From assembly GCF_036321535.1 (NCBI RefSeq), contig NC_087472.1, forward strand, positions 94,800,001 to 94,864,000: a DNA stretch of 64,000 nucleotides. The letters are read 5' to 3'. Each line of letters begins with the position of its first letter. Within the stretch, counting starts at the first letter, position 1. The translations under genes were made by a program, and so were the position numbers. This DNA comes from Camelus dromedarius (taxonomy: Eukaryota). The notes beneath the pieces were generated by a model. It did not search any database. It worked only from the letters and a program-made list of their open reading frames with translations, and was not told the origin of the DNA. Below are positions 12,440-25,885 of this stretch, piece after piece.

Positions 12440-14950
12440 CCACATAGAAAGTCTTAATTTTAATGAAGTCCGATTTATGAAAATGTCTTTAATGATTACA
12501 ACTTTTTGAGTTATATTTATGAAATATTTACATGCTCCAAATAGGCAATGAAGTTCTGTTTTGTTTTCTTCTAAAAGTTTTCATTTTATTTTACTTTTTT
12601 TATTTAGATTTGAAATCCATCTAAAATTGACTTTCGTTTTGGTTTATGGAGTGAGGTGAAGGTAACTAATCACTTATTGCTATCAAATTGACTTAGCTCA
12701 ATTTATTGACAAGGTGAAAATTTCAACAGTAATATCATCTTTGTCATAAATCAGGTGACTGTATTTATGTTGGTCTTTTTCTGTATTTAATTCTATTCTA
12801 TTCACCTATTTGCTCTTGCACCAAAACCACTCAGTCTTAATTAGCGTAGATTTAAAATGGATCTTGGTATATGGTAATTTCACACCTTCAGTTTTTGTCC
12901 TCTTCAAGATTTCCCTGGCTATTCTTGGTTCTTTGAATTTCCCTCTAAATTTTAGAATTAGCTTATCAATTACAACAATGTCTTGCTAAGATTTTGAATG
13001 TGATTGCAATGAATTTATAGGTCAGTTTGAAGAGAACTGACATTTTTACAATATTGAAAATAGCAATTGATGAACTTGATATTCCTCCCTCCTTCACCAT
13101 ATATTTGCTCTTTTTGATTCTTGCACACATTCCATTAGATTAATCCCAAGATGTTTTATTTTTATGCCATTATAAATATCTTTAATTTTACTTTTATGAG
13201 TTTGCTGTTGAAATATAGAAATACAATTAGTTTTATATATAATACCTTATTTCCAAAGCAAGCTTCTAAGTTTTATTTATTCTAATTTTTCCCTTCCCCA
13301 TCCCCCAGCCCTGGTTGTTTCTTACAGTTACTATCTCTATATCATCTCAGTGTTCCTTTTTCTATCTCTTTGTATCCTGTGATACCTTTTAAAATAATTA
13401 TCTTTATTAAATTATCTATGTTAATACATACCCACATTGAAAACATCATTGGCTAAAGTATCAAATTGGAAGAAAAGCAAATCTAGAGAGCAAATAAATG
13501 TGATAAAATTCTTTAATAAAGTTTACTGCTGTCTTAATAAAAACAGCTAGGACGAGAGAAAAGAAAAAGAAAGTATATTTTTAGTAAATCAGACCTAAAT
13601 ACAAGGCAATATCAATAGGAGGGAATAGGGTGTAGGCATAAGGAGAGGACATATGTTAAATTACTTGCCTTCTTAGGGGGAAGATATAGATAATAATAAG
13701 TTTTAGAATATTAGGTTAAAAATAACCACCATGAGAACAAAAGTAGGAAGTATAACCTTGAAACCAGAAAAAATTAAATCTCTTCACTGGAAAATGGACT
13801 AGAGAGGGAAAGGAAATAAATGTAAAACATGATGGCATAAGTGGATCCTAAAACATGAATTAAAATTAATGTAATAATAGTTTTAATAATACCTTGCCAT
13901 GTAAGACACACATGTAAAAGAAATCAAAAAAATTTAGAATGGTTTGAAATAATGTAATTTTAAAGTATATGCTGTGCAATTGCAAACAAAAGGGAACTGC
14001 AGTGTCAGCATATGGCAAAATAGTACTTATGACAACATTTTTCTTAAGGGACAAAAAGGGTAGATCATAACAGAAAAGAGTAAGACAATAAGATAAAACC
14101 TTCATAAATGTATAAACAACATATAATGTTACTGCAAATATCATGTCGCAATTTTTTATGAAATTGCAGGGATAGAGTTCTATCAACAATTGCATTTTAA
14201 TACTTAATGCATTCATCTTAGAAACCAGTAGATTAAGTAAGCAGAAATCAATGAAAAAGAGAACAAAAATAGGACATAAAAATAAAAGTGAGAGCTGATT
14301 CATTGAAAAGCTCGAAAAGAAAGGCATCTAGCAAAACTGAGAACACAAAGAATATACAATTAAATAAATTATAGAATAAAAGAAGAGAAATAAATATGGA
14401 GAAATGTGTCAATAAAATTAGAAAGATAATGTTACAAACACCTACACACTCATATATCTGTTAGGCTTTTTTACTTCTGAAAAATTATACATAAGATGCC
14501 AAAACTCTCATAAGAAAAAAATAATTTGAATAGACTAATAAACATTAAATAAATTTTTAAACTTTTGCTTGAAATATATATCATGATACATAAAAGTATA
14601 CAGACCTTAAGTGACCAGTACAGTGAATGTTCTCAAAGGAAGCACCACCTAGATCAAGAAATAGACCCATCATGGCTTCCATCTTGGCCCTTCCCAGTAA
14701 AAAACACCTATTTTCCAAAGGAACCACTCTCCTAACTTTGATCACTATAGATTACTTTTGACTATTTTTGATTTAATAGAAATGAAACCATACTTTATAT
14801 TCACATATATGGCTTTTCTCATTCAGTATTATATTCCTGGCATTCATCTAAGTTAGTACAAATTCATTTTTATTGCTATAAAGTATTCCGTGCTATTGAC
14901 ATTTTTGCTGTTTACAATTTGGGGCTATAAACAATTTTATATTACTTCAT
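10035..14950. mobile_element. Cluster of ancient L1M (L1MC/L1ME-like) fragments in both orientations
   Basis: Degraded L1 3' UTR and ORF2-like sequence with alternating T-rich (10035-10870, 11870-13300, 14560-14950) and A-rich (10920-11800, 13400-14560) strand bias. Confidence 0.6.
11920..12445 (-). mobile_element. Lineage-specific 5'-truncated L1 3' end
   Basis: TTTTATTGAAGTGTAGTCAATTTACAATG is a cetartiodactyl-type L1 tail. TSD AGAA(G/A)GTCTTAATT at 11906-11919 and 12446-12459. Contains (TG)n at 12400-12436. Confidence 0.85.
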
Positions 14951-15239
14951 GATTTTCTCTTTTTAAAAATAACCTTGCCATTCTAGAGTAAATTATCTGC
15001 AATTGTGATGAGTTGTTTTGGGCAGTAGTTTTAAGTTTGATTGCTTTGCTTTCACTTACTATTTTCATAATCTTTTTGTGTGAAAATTAGGATTTCACAT
15101 TTGAATTACTACATTAACTTTCTATAATATACTGAATAACTTGTCGTTATTTGTTATATATTACAGAACATTGAAATGAACCTCATCTTTAAAAGATTAC
15201 GAACTCTGTAAAGCATATGTGCCTGAATTCTTTTTAGAG

Positions 15240-15759
15240 TGACCAAGACTGCCCTAATATTCCCCTTAGCTTGGCTAAACATTAGAGTGGTTTCTTCCTG
15301 ATTATAGGCCCCTGACTTCCCTGTTCTTAGAACATTTACTTTAGAAAATTTGTGATTGTAAATTCTTTCTCTTCTCCTTTAGAAGTAACTCTTCTTTCTA
15401 GCCTCTTGCCAGTTTTCCAACTCAGAAATGTCTTTCTCAAGGACCCAGGAATCATCCCTTCGAAATACAATTGTCAAGAAAGATAGTGTCCCTGTATACT
15501 AATCTCTGTGGAAGGATATGAGCCTAACTTCATGAGAGTCAAAATGGATGGACTAAGCATATTGACCAACCTCCCCCAAGGGTCCTCCACTACTTAACTA
15601 CTAGCTCACTCCAGCACATAAAAATTCTCTTGCTTCTTGTTTCAGGGGAGTTGAGTTCAATCTCTCTCACCTATCATGATAGTTTTAACCCAATTTTAAT
15701 AGTATTGAATAAAATCTTCCTTGCCTTCTTAACTTGTCCAGTGCAATTTTTCTTTGACG
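15240..15759 (+). mobile_element. Solo ERV1 LTR (MER39/MER34-group-like)
   Basis: TGACCAAG...TTTCTTTGACG, AATAAA near 15708, and 4-bp TSD AGAG on both sides. Confidence 0.8.
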
Positions 15760-16553
15760 AGAGAGATCACTACTTGGTTAATGTTTAATCTTCCTTGGTT
15801 ATCTGTTAGGTCATTTTTTCCTGTGCCTTTTGAATAGATTTTAATCACTCTGTTGGCTTAGAAAAATTAAATTTTTCTGAAAAGGTCATCAGTTCACATG
15901 AGCATACCACTTCTCTGTCATTTCTACCTTTTTACCCTGTTCTAATAGGTGAGTTGATTAATCTAACTCCTGACCTTCATCTACTAACTTTGATGAGTCC
16001 TATTATAAATTATCGTAGCAAACCATGTGTTTATTCTGTTGCTTGCAATTTTAGCCAGTTTTCATTTTCTTTTGTTGTTGTTGACTCTTGCCCTTAATGT
16101 CCTGGAATTGGCTTCAGAGTACATGTGTCCAGTCAATTCCTTCATCATCATTTGTTAAGCACTACATACCTAAAGAGAAAAAGGAGCTCCAGCCTCCCTA
16201 GTTAGATCTAGCCATTCACAGGGACAGGGGAGCATGACCGGACAGACTTGTTGTCTGGCTTCTTCTTCATGCTCCACTGGCTTCCAGAACAAGGACAGTC
16301 TTCTTCCTTTGTGGTTCTTCCCTGTTTACCAATGCTATAGATTTACTCTCTACTCAGTGCTGTCCATTTATTATCGTCATACTTGCTCCAGGCCCCTTTT
16401 ATCCTCTACAACATTTCCCTAATCTTCACAGTAAGAAAGTGAGGAGGGAGACCAGCTCTAATATTTCATTCTTTCTCAGTTCAGAACTGATTTCCTCAAG
16501 CTGAGGCTTTGAAATGCTCCAAGGGAAAGACAAAGCAATCCCAAGATTCCCAG

Positions 16554-17363
16554 TGTCAGGGAGGAAAAATAATTTTCCTTCTGCTTTTCTAGGTTCTCTG
16601 CTGGGACCCCTCTGTAATAAAAGACAGATTAACAGGAGAAAAACAAACAGAAGTTTAATAACATGGATACCTCCTGTACATGTGAGAGATACCCAGGAAA
16701 ACAGAGTAACTCCCTGAAATGGTCCAAGCCTTAAATACCAACTCCAGCTAAAGACAAAAGGAGATGTTGTGGTTTCGGGGAGGCAGTTATGGGAGGCTAT
16801 CAGGAGAAGAACAGTAAACAAAGATATGATTGTTATGCAGATTTAAGTCATTGTCTTCTCCATTGATAAGATTGTCTAGGGACTTAGAGTCATCCTTGTC
16901 TTCTGCATACAAAGAGGGAAAGAAACACACAGAAGTTTAACAACATGTATACCTTCTATATATATGGGAGAGACCCAGGAAAACTGGTAACTCCCATATA
17001 TGGCCCATGCTGCCACCTTAAATACTATCTCCAGCTAAAGACAAAAGAAAGATGTTGACCAGTTTTGGGAGGTTTTCAGGCAAAGCACAGTAATCAAGGG
17101 GAAAGTTGTTATGCAGATTTGAGTCATTGCTTTCTCCGTTGATAAGAGTTTCCAGATATTTAGAATCACCCTCCTCTTCCTGGTTCAGAGAGGGAGACAC
17201 CCTTACAAATAGAGATTATTTAATAAATGTAAATATCTCCTACAAAAGAGTAATGTCTATTACTCATTTTCGGATCTGTCTGCAGCTGCTTAAAAATAAT
17301 CAGCTCAAAATAATCCTTGTGCCGAAGAGGCATATTTTGGGGTGACTATTCTGCTCCCCTCCA
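16554..17363 (-). mobile_element. MER34-group-like ERV1 LTR with an internal ~280-bp tandem duplication
   Basis: Same family as 42270-42801, but the unit starting AAACA(A/C)ACAGAAGTTTAA occurs twice (~16641 and ~16923). Confidence 0.8.
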
Positions 17364-18024
17364 CTAACTTCAATGAAATCAAGCACTTTGCCAACTACAT
17401 CCCTCTTCCTTGTATATGTTGGCTCTCACTCAACAAGTCATCTTCTTCTTTACATAAAAAGTATGCCAGAAATAAAGAAATCAGCCCATCGGCACTTCCT
17501 TGTGAACTTGGTGACAGTATTATTCAGCTCATAAATGAATGTAACCACACTCCAAGATCTCAGAACACTGTACTCTGCTATTATTAACATGCACTTTTTC
17601 TTCCACTTTTCAAAAAAAGATTTCAAAGGAAAAATTTTAATGTACTTATCCCAATATTTCCTGCCCAGAATAGTATTTTAATTTTCTGCTTTTGAGGCAC
17701 CTGATCCTAAGAAATTAATGTCTGATATCCAGTCCTCTAAATGCCATTTATTTGTTCTTAAAACAGATGAATTTGTACCATTAGCTACAAATTCAAAGCT
17801 CTATTGACGATGGGAAGGTGGAAAAAGCAAAAAATGATCTCCATATTAAAATAAAATTGCTCATAATTAGAGTAATAATTAAACTTGTTTTCTGCTTCAC
17901 TGAGGCTTTCTTCCTCACTTTCTGGTTTTTTTCAGGGGAAATGGAGTCAAAAGAGTTAAAACACCTCTCAGCTCTAGGCTCTCCTCTCCATACCTGAAAC
18001 CTCAACACTTACCTACTTAGAAAG

Positions 18025-19181
18025 TGTAGGGGAATAAAATTTGCTACCCCCAAATGTCTCTCTGGCATGAGGATTGTTATATTTTTAAGAAACAGAAGAC
18101 TTAGGAAGTCTTTCTTTTTACCTTCCCCTCAACTGCCTAAAAGAATTTAGATAAAGGGCCTGTTCCAGGAATAGAGCTATCACCAGAGATGTATGTAAAG
18201 AACATGGGCTAGATGTGGTAGGTGAAACTTGGCAAGACCTAGAGATCATAGTTTACTCTGTGTCGCATTGTCTCTGCAGGACCCAGTAAACATTTGTTAG
18301 AGTAGGCAGATAGCTAGATAAGAGCAGAGAAAGGAGGACACAGGCCAAAAGGCAGGAACTGGGTAACAATGAGGGGGCACGAGTCAAATACAGGAAACCA
18401 TACATTGTGTAAGCAACAGGGGTCCCTGGGCAGTGAAAGAAAAGGAGGAACCTCTGGGCTGATTTGGGGATAACAAGTGAAAGGTGCGAGAAGGCAGGAA
18501 TCTCCGGTGTCCGAATGTAACCTTTTGCTCATTATGCCCTCATTTTAATAAAATTAGCCTTGCAGATTAGAAGCACCCGACGCCATGACACTTCTGATCC
18601 AGACTAAGGACAACAATCCCTCCTCTCTTCAGTTAGGTGGAACTGTGATGAAAGTCAGGGAATATGACCCCAAACCCCCCCTTCCCCAGTGAACATTCCG
18701 CCCATTCATTTTTATATTCTTATGTACCCAACTTACCAGAGAAACTCAGGGAAGCTTCTCACCTGAGCCTGCTCGCTCTCCCCTTGACAGTGTACTATCT
18801 ATCCCTTAATAAGTCCTCACTTCACTTTCTTAACCTCTGCCTCTTGTCTCTGAATTCTTTCTGGGACAGGACGAGCACCTAGACACTGGCTACATCTACC
18901 AGCAGCACATTTGTTTACCAAACATTTGCTTTTCTATGTCCATGTGAATTGCCTTCCTCCCCTCTGAAGTCTGAAACCACTACTTCTTTTGTCTTCAGTT
19001 GATGGTATTTAGGGTGAGGGTTTTGATCATTTTGGTGAGATATTCGGTTCTGCTGAGTCTCTTCCATGTATACATGTCATTAAACTTTCATTTGATTTTC
19101 TCCTATTAATCTCTCATTTCAATTTAATTCTTGGACAAGCCAGAAGAACTGGGTACAGGAAAGTTTTGTTTCTCCCTCACA
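18025..19181 (+). mobile_element. MER34-group-like solo LTR interrupted by another LTR
   Basis: TGTAGGGG...CCCTCACA with TSD AAAG (18021-18024 and 19182-19185). It aligns by eye to 25322-25885 once 18295-18911 is removed. Confidence 0.85.
18295..18907 (+). mobile_element. Younger solo ERV LTR nested in an LTR
   Basis: TGTTAGAGTAGG...CAGCAGCA, 613 bp, with perfect TSD CATT (18291-18294 and 18908-18911). Confidence 0.85.
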
Positions 19182-19319
19182 AAAGGTATTGACTATCAGT
19201 CTATCGTTGTCTAACCTGGTGTAATGATAAGATGCTATTACTAGGTATATCTGAGATGTAATCTGAACCTTGGGTGTTTCAAATCCCTTTGGGAGATCCT
19301 AGATCCCTTTGGTAGTTTT

Positions 19320-19432
19320 AGTACCAGCAGCATGAGTAATACTTGGACACTTGTTAGAAATGCAAATTCTTGACCTCTGTATTCTAACAGACCCTCTGGG
19401 TGACTCTGCTTGCTAAAATTTGGCAACTGTTG
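19320..19432. mobile_element. MER5A-like hAT relic
   Basis: CTTGTTAGAAATGCAAATTCT is the MER5 signature. Confidence 0.65.
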
Positions 19433-20961
19433 TCTCATCCATACAGCTTTGGCTAAAAGCAATGAAGTAATTTAGAAACTAGTTCTTGGACTCTCTTGAC
19501 TTTGACTCATTTGCCTGTAATTGTCCACAAGGCCTAACCAGTCATACATAGGGGAAAAGCAAACAACTCTTCCTGGCACAACTTCCTTACCAAATAAACT
19601 TCCTTTAACAACCTAAATATCCAGAGCCCTATGTTCCCCTCGCTCACACAAGTTCTCTGCATCTTCCCTCAGTTCTGGATACTGCTTCATAAAATCTAAA
19701 CGTAATACTGTGGAATCTTGGCAACAAAACCATGTCTTCAGAATTTCAGATGGTTTCTACACTGCCTGAGAGAAACAGTGGACCCTCTCTAAATTCAGCA
19801 TTTATTCAGCTAAGAAAGAGAAATTCAATAGAAGTGAGATGACAACTAGAGCAGGATTAAATGGTGAGCATCTTAGATTGAATTTCCGTGGCCTCTGGGT
19901 TTCCTAATAAGGTACACATTTGCCAGTGACACCTTCCATACAGATATGTTCCTTGTAAGTAAACAGCTGAATAATTTCTATACTACTGCTCTTCTATACT
20001 AGAGGTTTACATCACTCTATCAGAAGAAATTAACCTAATAATCAACACACTTCTGTTCAAATGAATGCATACAGATTTTTCTGGTTTCTTAAATGAAACT
20101 TGGAGGACCACTCCCTCAGCGAGGAGAAGCAGCAGGGTTGGTCTATGACCAGGTATCCATGCATCATAATTCTGCTTCCAGGTTTTCAGGGCCTCAGAGT
20201 GCTCCCCTGTGCTATCATTTATCCATTTTTAAAAATATGGCATTTTCCTGTGCATTTCTTCTTTGTAAAAGCTTTACATATATTAAAGATTTCATTCTTT
20301 GACTGCCAAATATGTCAGATCTATTTTTGCAGCTCATTTCTCTTTTATGTATAGTTTTATATATGAAGCATTTTTTTCATTAACTAGACAAGCTTATTAA
20401 TTTTTGCGTTTATGTTTGTATACTTATTCTAAAATTTTAGAAACACACTCCTAATCCAAAGGGCAGGTAAATATTTACTTAAAGTTCTAGTTTTTTTCAG
20501 GTTTTTATTTTTCACCTGTAAATTTTTTTAAGGTATACATTGAAGTGTACTTTGTTGTGAGGTATAAGGTGTCTTCCTAAATTTCTTTTTTTCCCCTCAA
20601 ATGTATGTTTACTTTCCTGTATACCATTTTAAAATAATCTATCCCTTCCAACTCATTTGAAAGTCCATTTTTTAAATGGTCCATATCCTTATTAATTCAA
20701 GCATATGTCTAGACTTTTTATTCTGTTATATTCAAGTACTTTTTTATGATTTGAAATATGGCAGAATAAGTCACCATTCATTCTTCTTTTACCAAACATA
20801 CTTTAGTATTTTATATCTTTCTTCTTCTGAAGGAAATCCAGTCTCTTACTGAGACATTAATTTTCAACCTTCCAAATCCTAATGGGAAATTAATTTTAAT
20901 TAATTTGAGAATTGAAATCATACAAATAAGAAATTTTATCTTTCAAAAAAAAGATTTTTAA

Positions 20962-21697
20962 TGCAACCACTATAGAAAACAGTATGGAGATTTCTTTAAA
21001 AACTGAAAATAGACTTACCATATGATCCAGCAATCCCACTCCTGGGCATATATCCAGAGAAAACTCTAATTTGAAAAGATACATGCACCCCAGTGTTCAC
21101 AGCAGCACTATTTACAATAGCCAAGACATGGAAGCAACATAAATGTCCACTGACAGATGACTGGATAAAGAAGTTGTGGTGAATAGATAGATAGATAGGA
21201 AGGGAGGAAGAGAGGAAGGAAGGAAAGACTACTCAGCCATAAAAAGAATGAAATAATGCCATTTGCAGCAACATGGATGGACCTGGAGATTGTCATTCTA
21301 AGTGAAGTAAGCCAGACAGAGAGAGGCAAATGCCATATCATAGCACTTATATGTGAAATCTAAAAAAATAACGCAAATGAACTTATTTACAAAACAGAAA
21401 CAGACTCACAAACAGAAAACAAACTTATGGTTACCAGTGAGGGGAAGGATGTGGGGAGGAATAAATTTGGAGTTTTGGATTTGCCAATACAAGCTACTGT
21501 ATATAAAATAGATAAACAACAAAGTTCTACTGTATAGCACAAGGAACTATATTCAGTATCTTAAAATAACCTATAATGAAAGAGAATATGAAAAGGAATA
21601 TGTGTGTGTATGTATGTATATATATATGGAACTGAATCACTATGCTGTATAACAGAAACTAACACAACATTGGAAATTCACTATGCTTCAATTAAGA
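20962..21697 (+). mobile_element. 5'-truncated lineage-specific L1 3' end
   Basis: GATCCAGCAATCCCACTCCTGGGCATATATCC...TACTGTATAGCACAAGGAACTATATTCAGTATC covers the ORF2 end and 3' UTR. Confidence 0.85.
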
Positions 21698-21829
21698 CAA
21701 AGTTTATCTCTTCATTTTGTTTGTGTGTTGTTGCATGACTCTCAGTATAGAGTTTAGTACATTTCTTAATGCAGGCCCTTATATTTATAGCATATTAAGA
21801 GTTGTGTTATATATAAATCTGTGACTATA

Positions 21830-22165
21830 TGTCTTAGTCCACTCAGGCTGCTATAAAAAATACCACAGACTGTGTGGCTTATAAACAACAAATTTATTTT
21901 TCACAGTTCTAGAGGCTACTGGGGTCTGAGTTCCTGGTACCAGCATGGTCAGGTGAGGGCCCTCTTTTAGATTACAGACTTCTTGTTAAGTTCTAATGTG
22001 ATAGAAGAGGCAAGGCACCTCTCTTGGCTTCTTTTATAAAGATCTTAATCTCATTCAGAGCCCTCATGACCTAATCATTTCCCAAAGACCCCACGTATTA
22101 ACAGCAGACCATTGGGTATTAGGATTTCAACATGAATTTTGGAGAGATGCATTCAGATCATAGCA
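21830..22165 (-). mobile_element. MLT1A-like MaLR solo LTR
   Basis: TGTCTTAGTCCACTCAGGCTGCTATA...CATAGCA with 5-bp TSD CTATA. Confidence 0.85.
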
Positions 22166-23754
22166 CTATATGGAAAAAAATCCCATTATTTTAATTAAAT
22201 TGTATCAAATTCCAATCACAATACAATATATACATATAGACTCATTTAAAAAATCAGCATTATAAAGTCTTCCTTGAACGTCGCTACCAAGCCCTTTCCC
22301 TTTCTCAGGTTGCTATGTATTAGCCAGACCTCTCCCATGGTTTTATAGTTTTATTCATTTTTACTATAAATCATATGTTGTTTTAAAATATAATTTGTAT
22401 GTATCATTTTGCACTTGGTTTTTTATTACTCAGCATATTACCTTGGTTATATTTACAAATCAAAACACCTATATCAATCATAAACTTATTAATTATAAAC
22501 AGAATATCCCATGGTATACTGTGGTTTTTGTTGATACCCTCTTGATGGGCATTTAACTTTTATCCCATTTGTCATTACTACAAATATCAACACAAATAAA
22601 TAAAACACTTTTGTGCATACCTCCTAGGGAACACATCTCTAGTGTAAATACTCAGAAGTGGAATGGCTGGGTCATAAAATATGTGCTTTTTTATTTTAAA
22701 ATGTTCTATTAATTGCTCTACAAAGTAGTTTTAAAAATTTACTCTCAAATCAGCAAACTATGAAATAATTTCTTTTTCACACATTAGTCTCTCCTCAATA
22801 TTATTAAACTTTTAAAATGTTTATTTCTCCATTTTTTTCACAGCAGTGGCCAACATTTTACTACTAAAAGAATTGGACATTAGAAAGTAATGTTATGCCA
22901 GCTCTCAGTTTCAGATGATCCAATTTTCAGTGTTGCTATTCAGAGAATATTATCACTTAGAAGGTGTTTCATGTATCAACCAGTATGGACACTTCATTCT
23001 GAATATAAATAAACCAGTATCTTAGGCATACCTGGTTGACACAGGGGTGGTTAATAGGTTCTCGATTAATGGTCCTCAAATATGGAGGGTTTTTTTTTTT
23101 TTTTTTTTTTTTTGGAACTTGCCCAATTTGAGTTACTGTGAAACCAAGACAAAAATCTAAGACTTCTGGTGCTCAGAGCAATACTGTTACCAGCCATATG
23201 AAGCTGGCTTTTGACCCAAGAAAACTATGCACAACTAAAAATTATAGTGCTCTGTGTGATGCTGTGATAATCTTATAACATTTCTTTTGTAAGGAGAGTA
23301 ATGCTCGAAAGCCAGAAATGGGTAGAACTTTGGAGACAAAGCAGGTAGTTCATTCTTGTACATTCTATAGGCATAGGGGCCAAGGAAAGTGTTCTTAATT
23401 ATTTAAGCAACAATTGTAAAACTGTTAATTGTTAATTGAATTGTTACAGTTAATTATTTAATGTTTGTTTGTTTATATTTAGTGTTTTTTTTTAATTCTA
23501 CAAGTAGTACACATTCATTTTTGGTAACACAGGAAATATTTGAAATTATATTTTTAAGTTATCCTATAATATAATCATTTAAAGAACATTACTACTAACA
23601 TTTTTCATTATTTACATACTATGCATGGCATATATAGCCGTTAATACATAAATATTTACCTATAAACATATACATATATATTATTTCTATATACATATTT
23701 ACCTGTCCATATATATGTAGAGACGTTTTCCTACATCATTATATAGTCTTAAAT

Positions 23755-23955
23755 GGAGGACAGTAAGGCAGAGCTGTTAAGAGCAAAGCATATAAAAGCT
23801 TTGGTTTGACTTCTGGGTCTGCCACTTACAAGTTTTGTGACTTTAACAAACAACCTCTATAATGCTAAGTTTCATGCCATCTCATTATTAATACAGAATG
23901 ATAGAAAGTCTTACTTAATTGGGTGCTGATCATTGCTAATTGGGTTAGGTATAAA
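23755..23955 (+). mobile_element. MIR SINE
   Basis: GTTAAGAGC...TCTGCCACTTACAAGTTTTGTGACTTT is the MIR tRNA-derived head and core. Confidence 0.55.
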
Positions 23956-24133
23956 GTTTTCCCCATTTTCTTCTTGGTTCAATGTGTGCATTCTGCCAAG
24001 GTATCATTACTTTGTTAAAAAAAAAAAGTTGCATTTTTTTTTCTAAGTGATTTTTTGGATTAATGCATGGGGAATTTTCCTTCATCTTTATTTTCAAATA
24101 TTTAATTGTTATATGTGATTGTATCTCTTTAAT

Positions 24134-25031
24134 AGAGATATAATTGACACATTATATTAGTTTCAGTTGTGCAACATAATAATTCAATATTTGTATACAT
24201 TGTGAAATAATCACGATTAGTGGTTAACATCCATTGCTACACAGTTACACGTTTTTTCTTGTGCTAATAACTTTTAAGATTTACTCACTTAGCAATTTTC
24301 AAATATACAATACAGTATTATTAGTTATAGTCACCTTGCTGTACATTACATCTCCATGATTATTTATTTTATGACTGGAAGTTTGTACCTTTTGGCCATC
24401 TTCACCCATTTGGCCCACCCTCCACCGCCACCTCTGGCAACCACCAATCTGTTTTCTGTTTCTGTCAGTTTGAGTTTATTTTTTAGATTTCCATATATGA
24501 ATGAGATCATACACTATTTGTCTTTCCTTGTCTGGCTTGTTTCACTTAGCATAATGCCTTTAAGTTCCATCCATTTGTCACAAATGGCAAAATTTCCTCT
24601 TTCATGGCTAAATAATATATATATCCCACATTTTCCTTATCCATTTATCCATTGATGGGCATTTAGGTTGCTTCCATGTCTTGGCTACTGTGAACATGGG
24701 GCTGCAGATATCTTTTTGAGTTAGTGTTTTCATTTCCTTCAGATTCCACCCAGAGACAGAATTGCTGGGTCATGTGGTAGCTCTATTTTTACCTTTTGAG
24801 GAGATGACATACTGTTTTCCATATTGCACCAATTTACATTCCCACCAGCAATGCACAAGGGTTCCCTTTTCTCCATATCCTTGCCAACACTTGTTATTTC
24901 TTGTCTTTTTGATAATAGCCATTTTAATGGATGTGAGGTGATAATCTCACTGTGGTTTTGATTTGTCTTTTCCTAATGATTAGTGATGTTGAGCACCTTT
25001 TTATGCACCTGTTAGCCATCTGCATATCTTC
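24134..25031 (-). mobile_element. L1MA9-like 5'-truncated L1
   Basis: Antisense L1 3' end flanked by the perfect 18-bp direct repeat TGATTGTATCTCTTTAAT (24116-24133 and 25032-25049). Confidence 0.85.
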
Positions 25032-25321
25032 TGATTGTATCTCTTTAATGAAATTTTCCTTGACTATTTTATCTGCAAAACCAGTGTTTGGGATCTTCTC
25101 AAAGAGATTTTATTCTCCTGATATATATATATATATTTACCTTTGTTCCAGTTCTTCTATTATTTTTTTATCTCCAGGGGCACTGGGAACTTCTACAGTG
25201 AATATCCACTGTCTTTTATTCAAAAATACTGGTTTCAGTTCATCCCTCCTTGTTTTCATCTTTGTGTTTTTCTTCTGTCTTCTACATTAATGGATTTATT
25301 CCCTGCCATGCAGATGCTGCT

Positions 25322-25885
25322 TGTAGAGAAGCAAAACTTTCCACCCCAAAATGTCTCTCTAACATGTGGATTATTTCTACCTGAAAATCATCAAGGCCCA
25401 AAAGACTCAGGAAGAAACTTTGTCCTTCCCCCTAACTACCTAAGATAATTTAGACAGAGGGTCTGTTCCCAGAATAATGCTATCACCAGAGGTATCTGCG
25501 AAGAATAGAGGTTAGGTGTGATGGGAGAAACTTGGCAGGGCCTAGCGATCAGGGTCCACTCTGTGTCCCATTGTCTCTGCCTGGCCCAGCAAACATTTAT
25601 TTACCAAACATTTGCTTTTCCATCTCCCTGTGAATTATCTTCCTCCCCTTTGAAATCCCAAAACACTGCCCCAACATCCTCCTTTGTCTTTAGCTGAAGA
25701 TGATATTCAAGGTGAGGGTTTTGGCCATTTTGGTGAGTGACTCAGTTTTTCTGGGTCTCTCCCATGTCTACATGTTTTTAAACTTTTGTGTGATTTTCTC
25801 CTGTTAATCTGTCTCATGTCAGTTGAATTCCTAGACCAGCCAGAAGAACCTAGAAAGGCAGAGGGAAATTTCTTCCTCCCCAACT
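25322..25885 (+). mobile_element. MER34-group-like solo LTR
   Basis: Homologous to 18025-19181 and flanked by the direct repeat CTGCT. Confidence 0.8.

Noticed and set aside
13866..14327. 153-aa hydrophobic ORF
   Set aside because: Antisense reading of A-rich decayed L1 sequence; the Phe/Leu/Ile bias is compositional.
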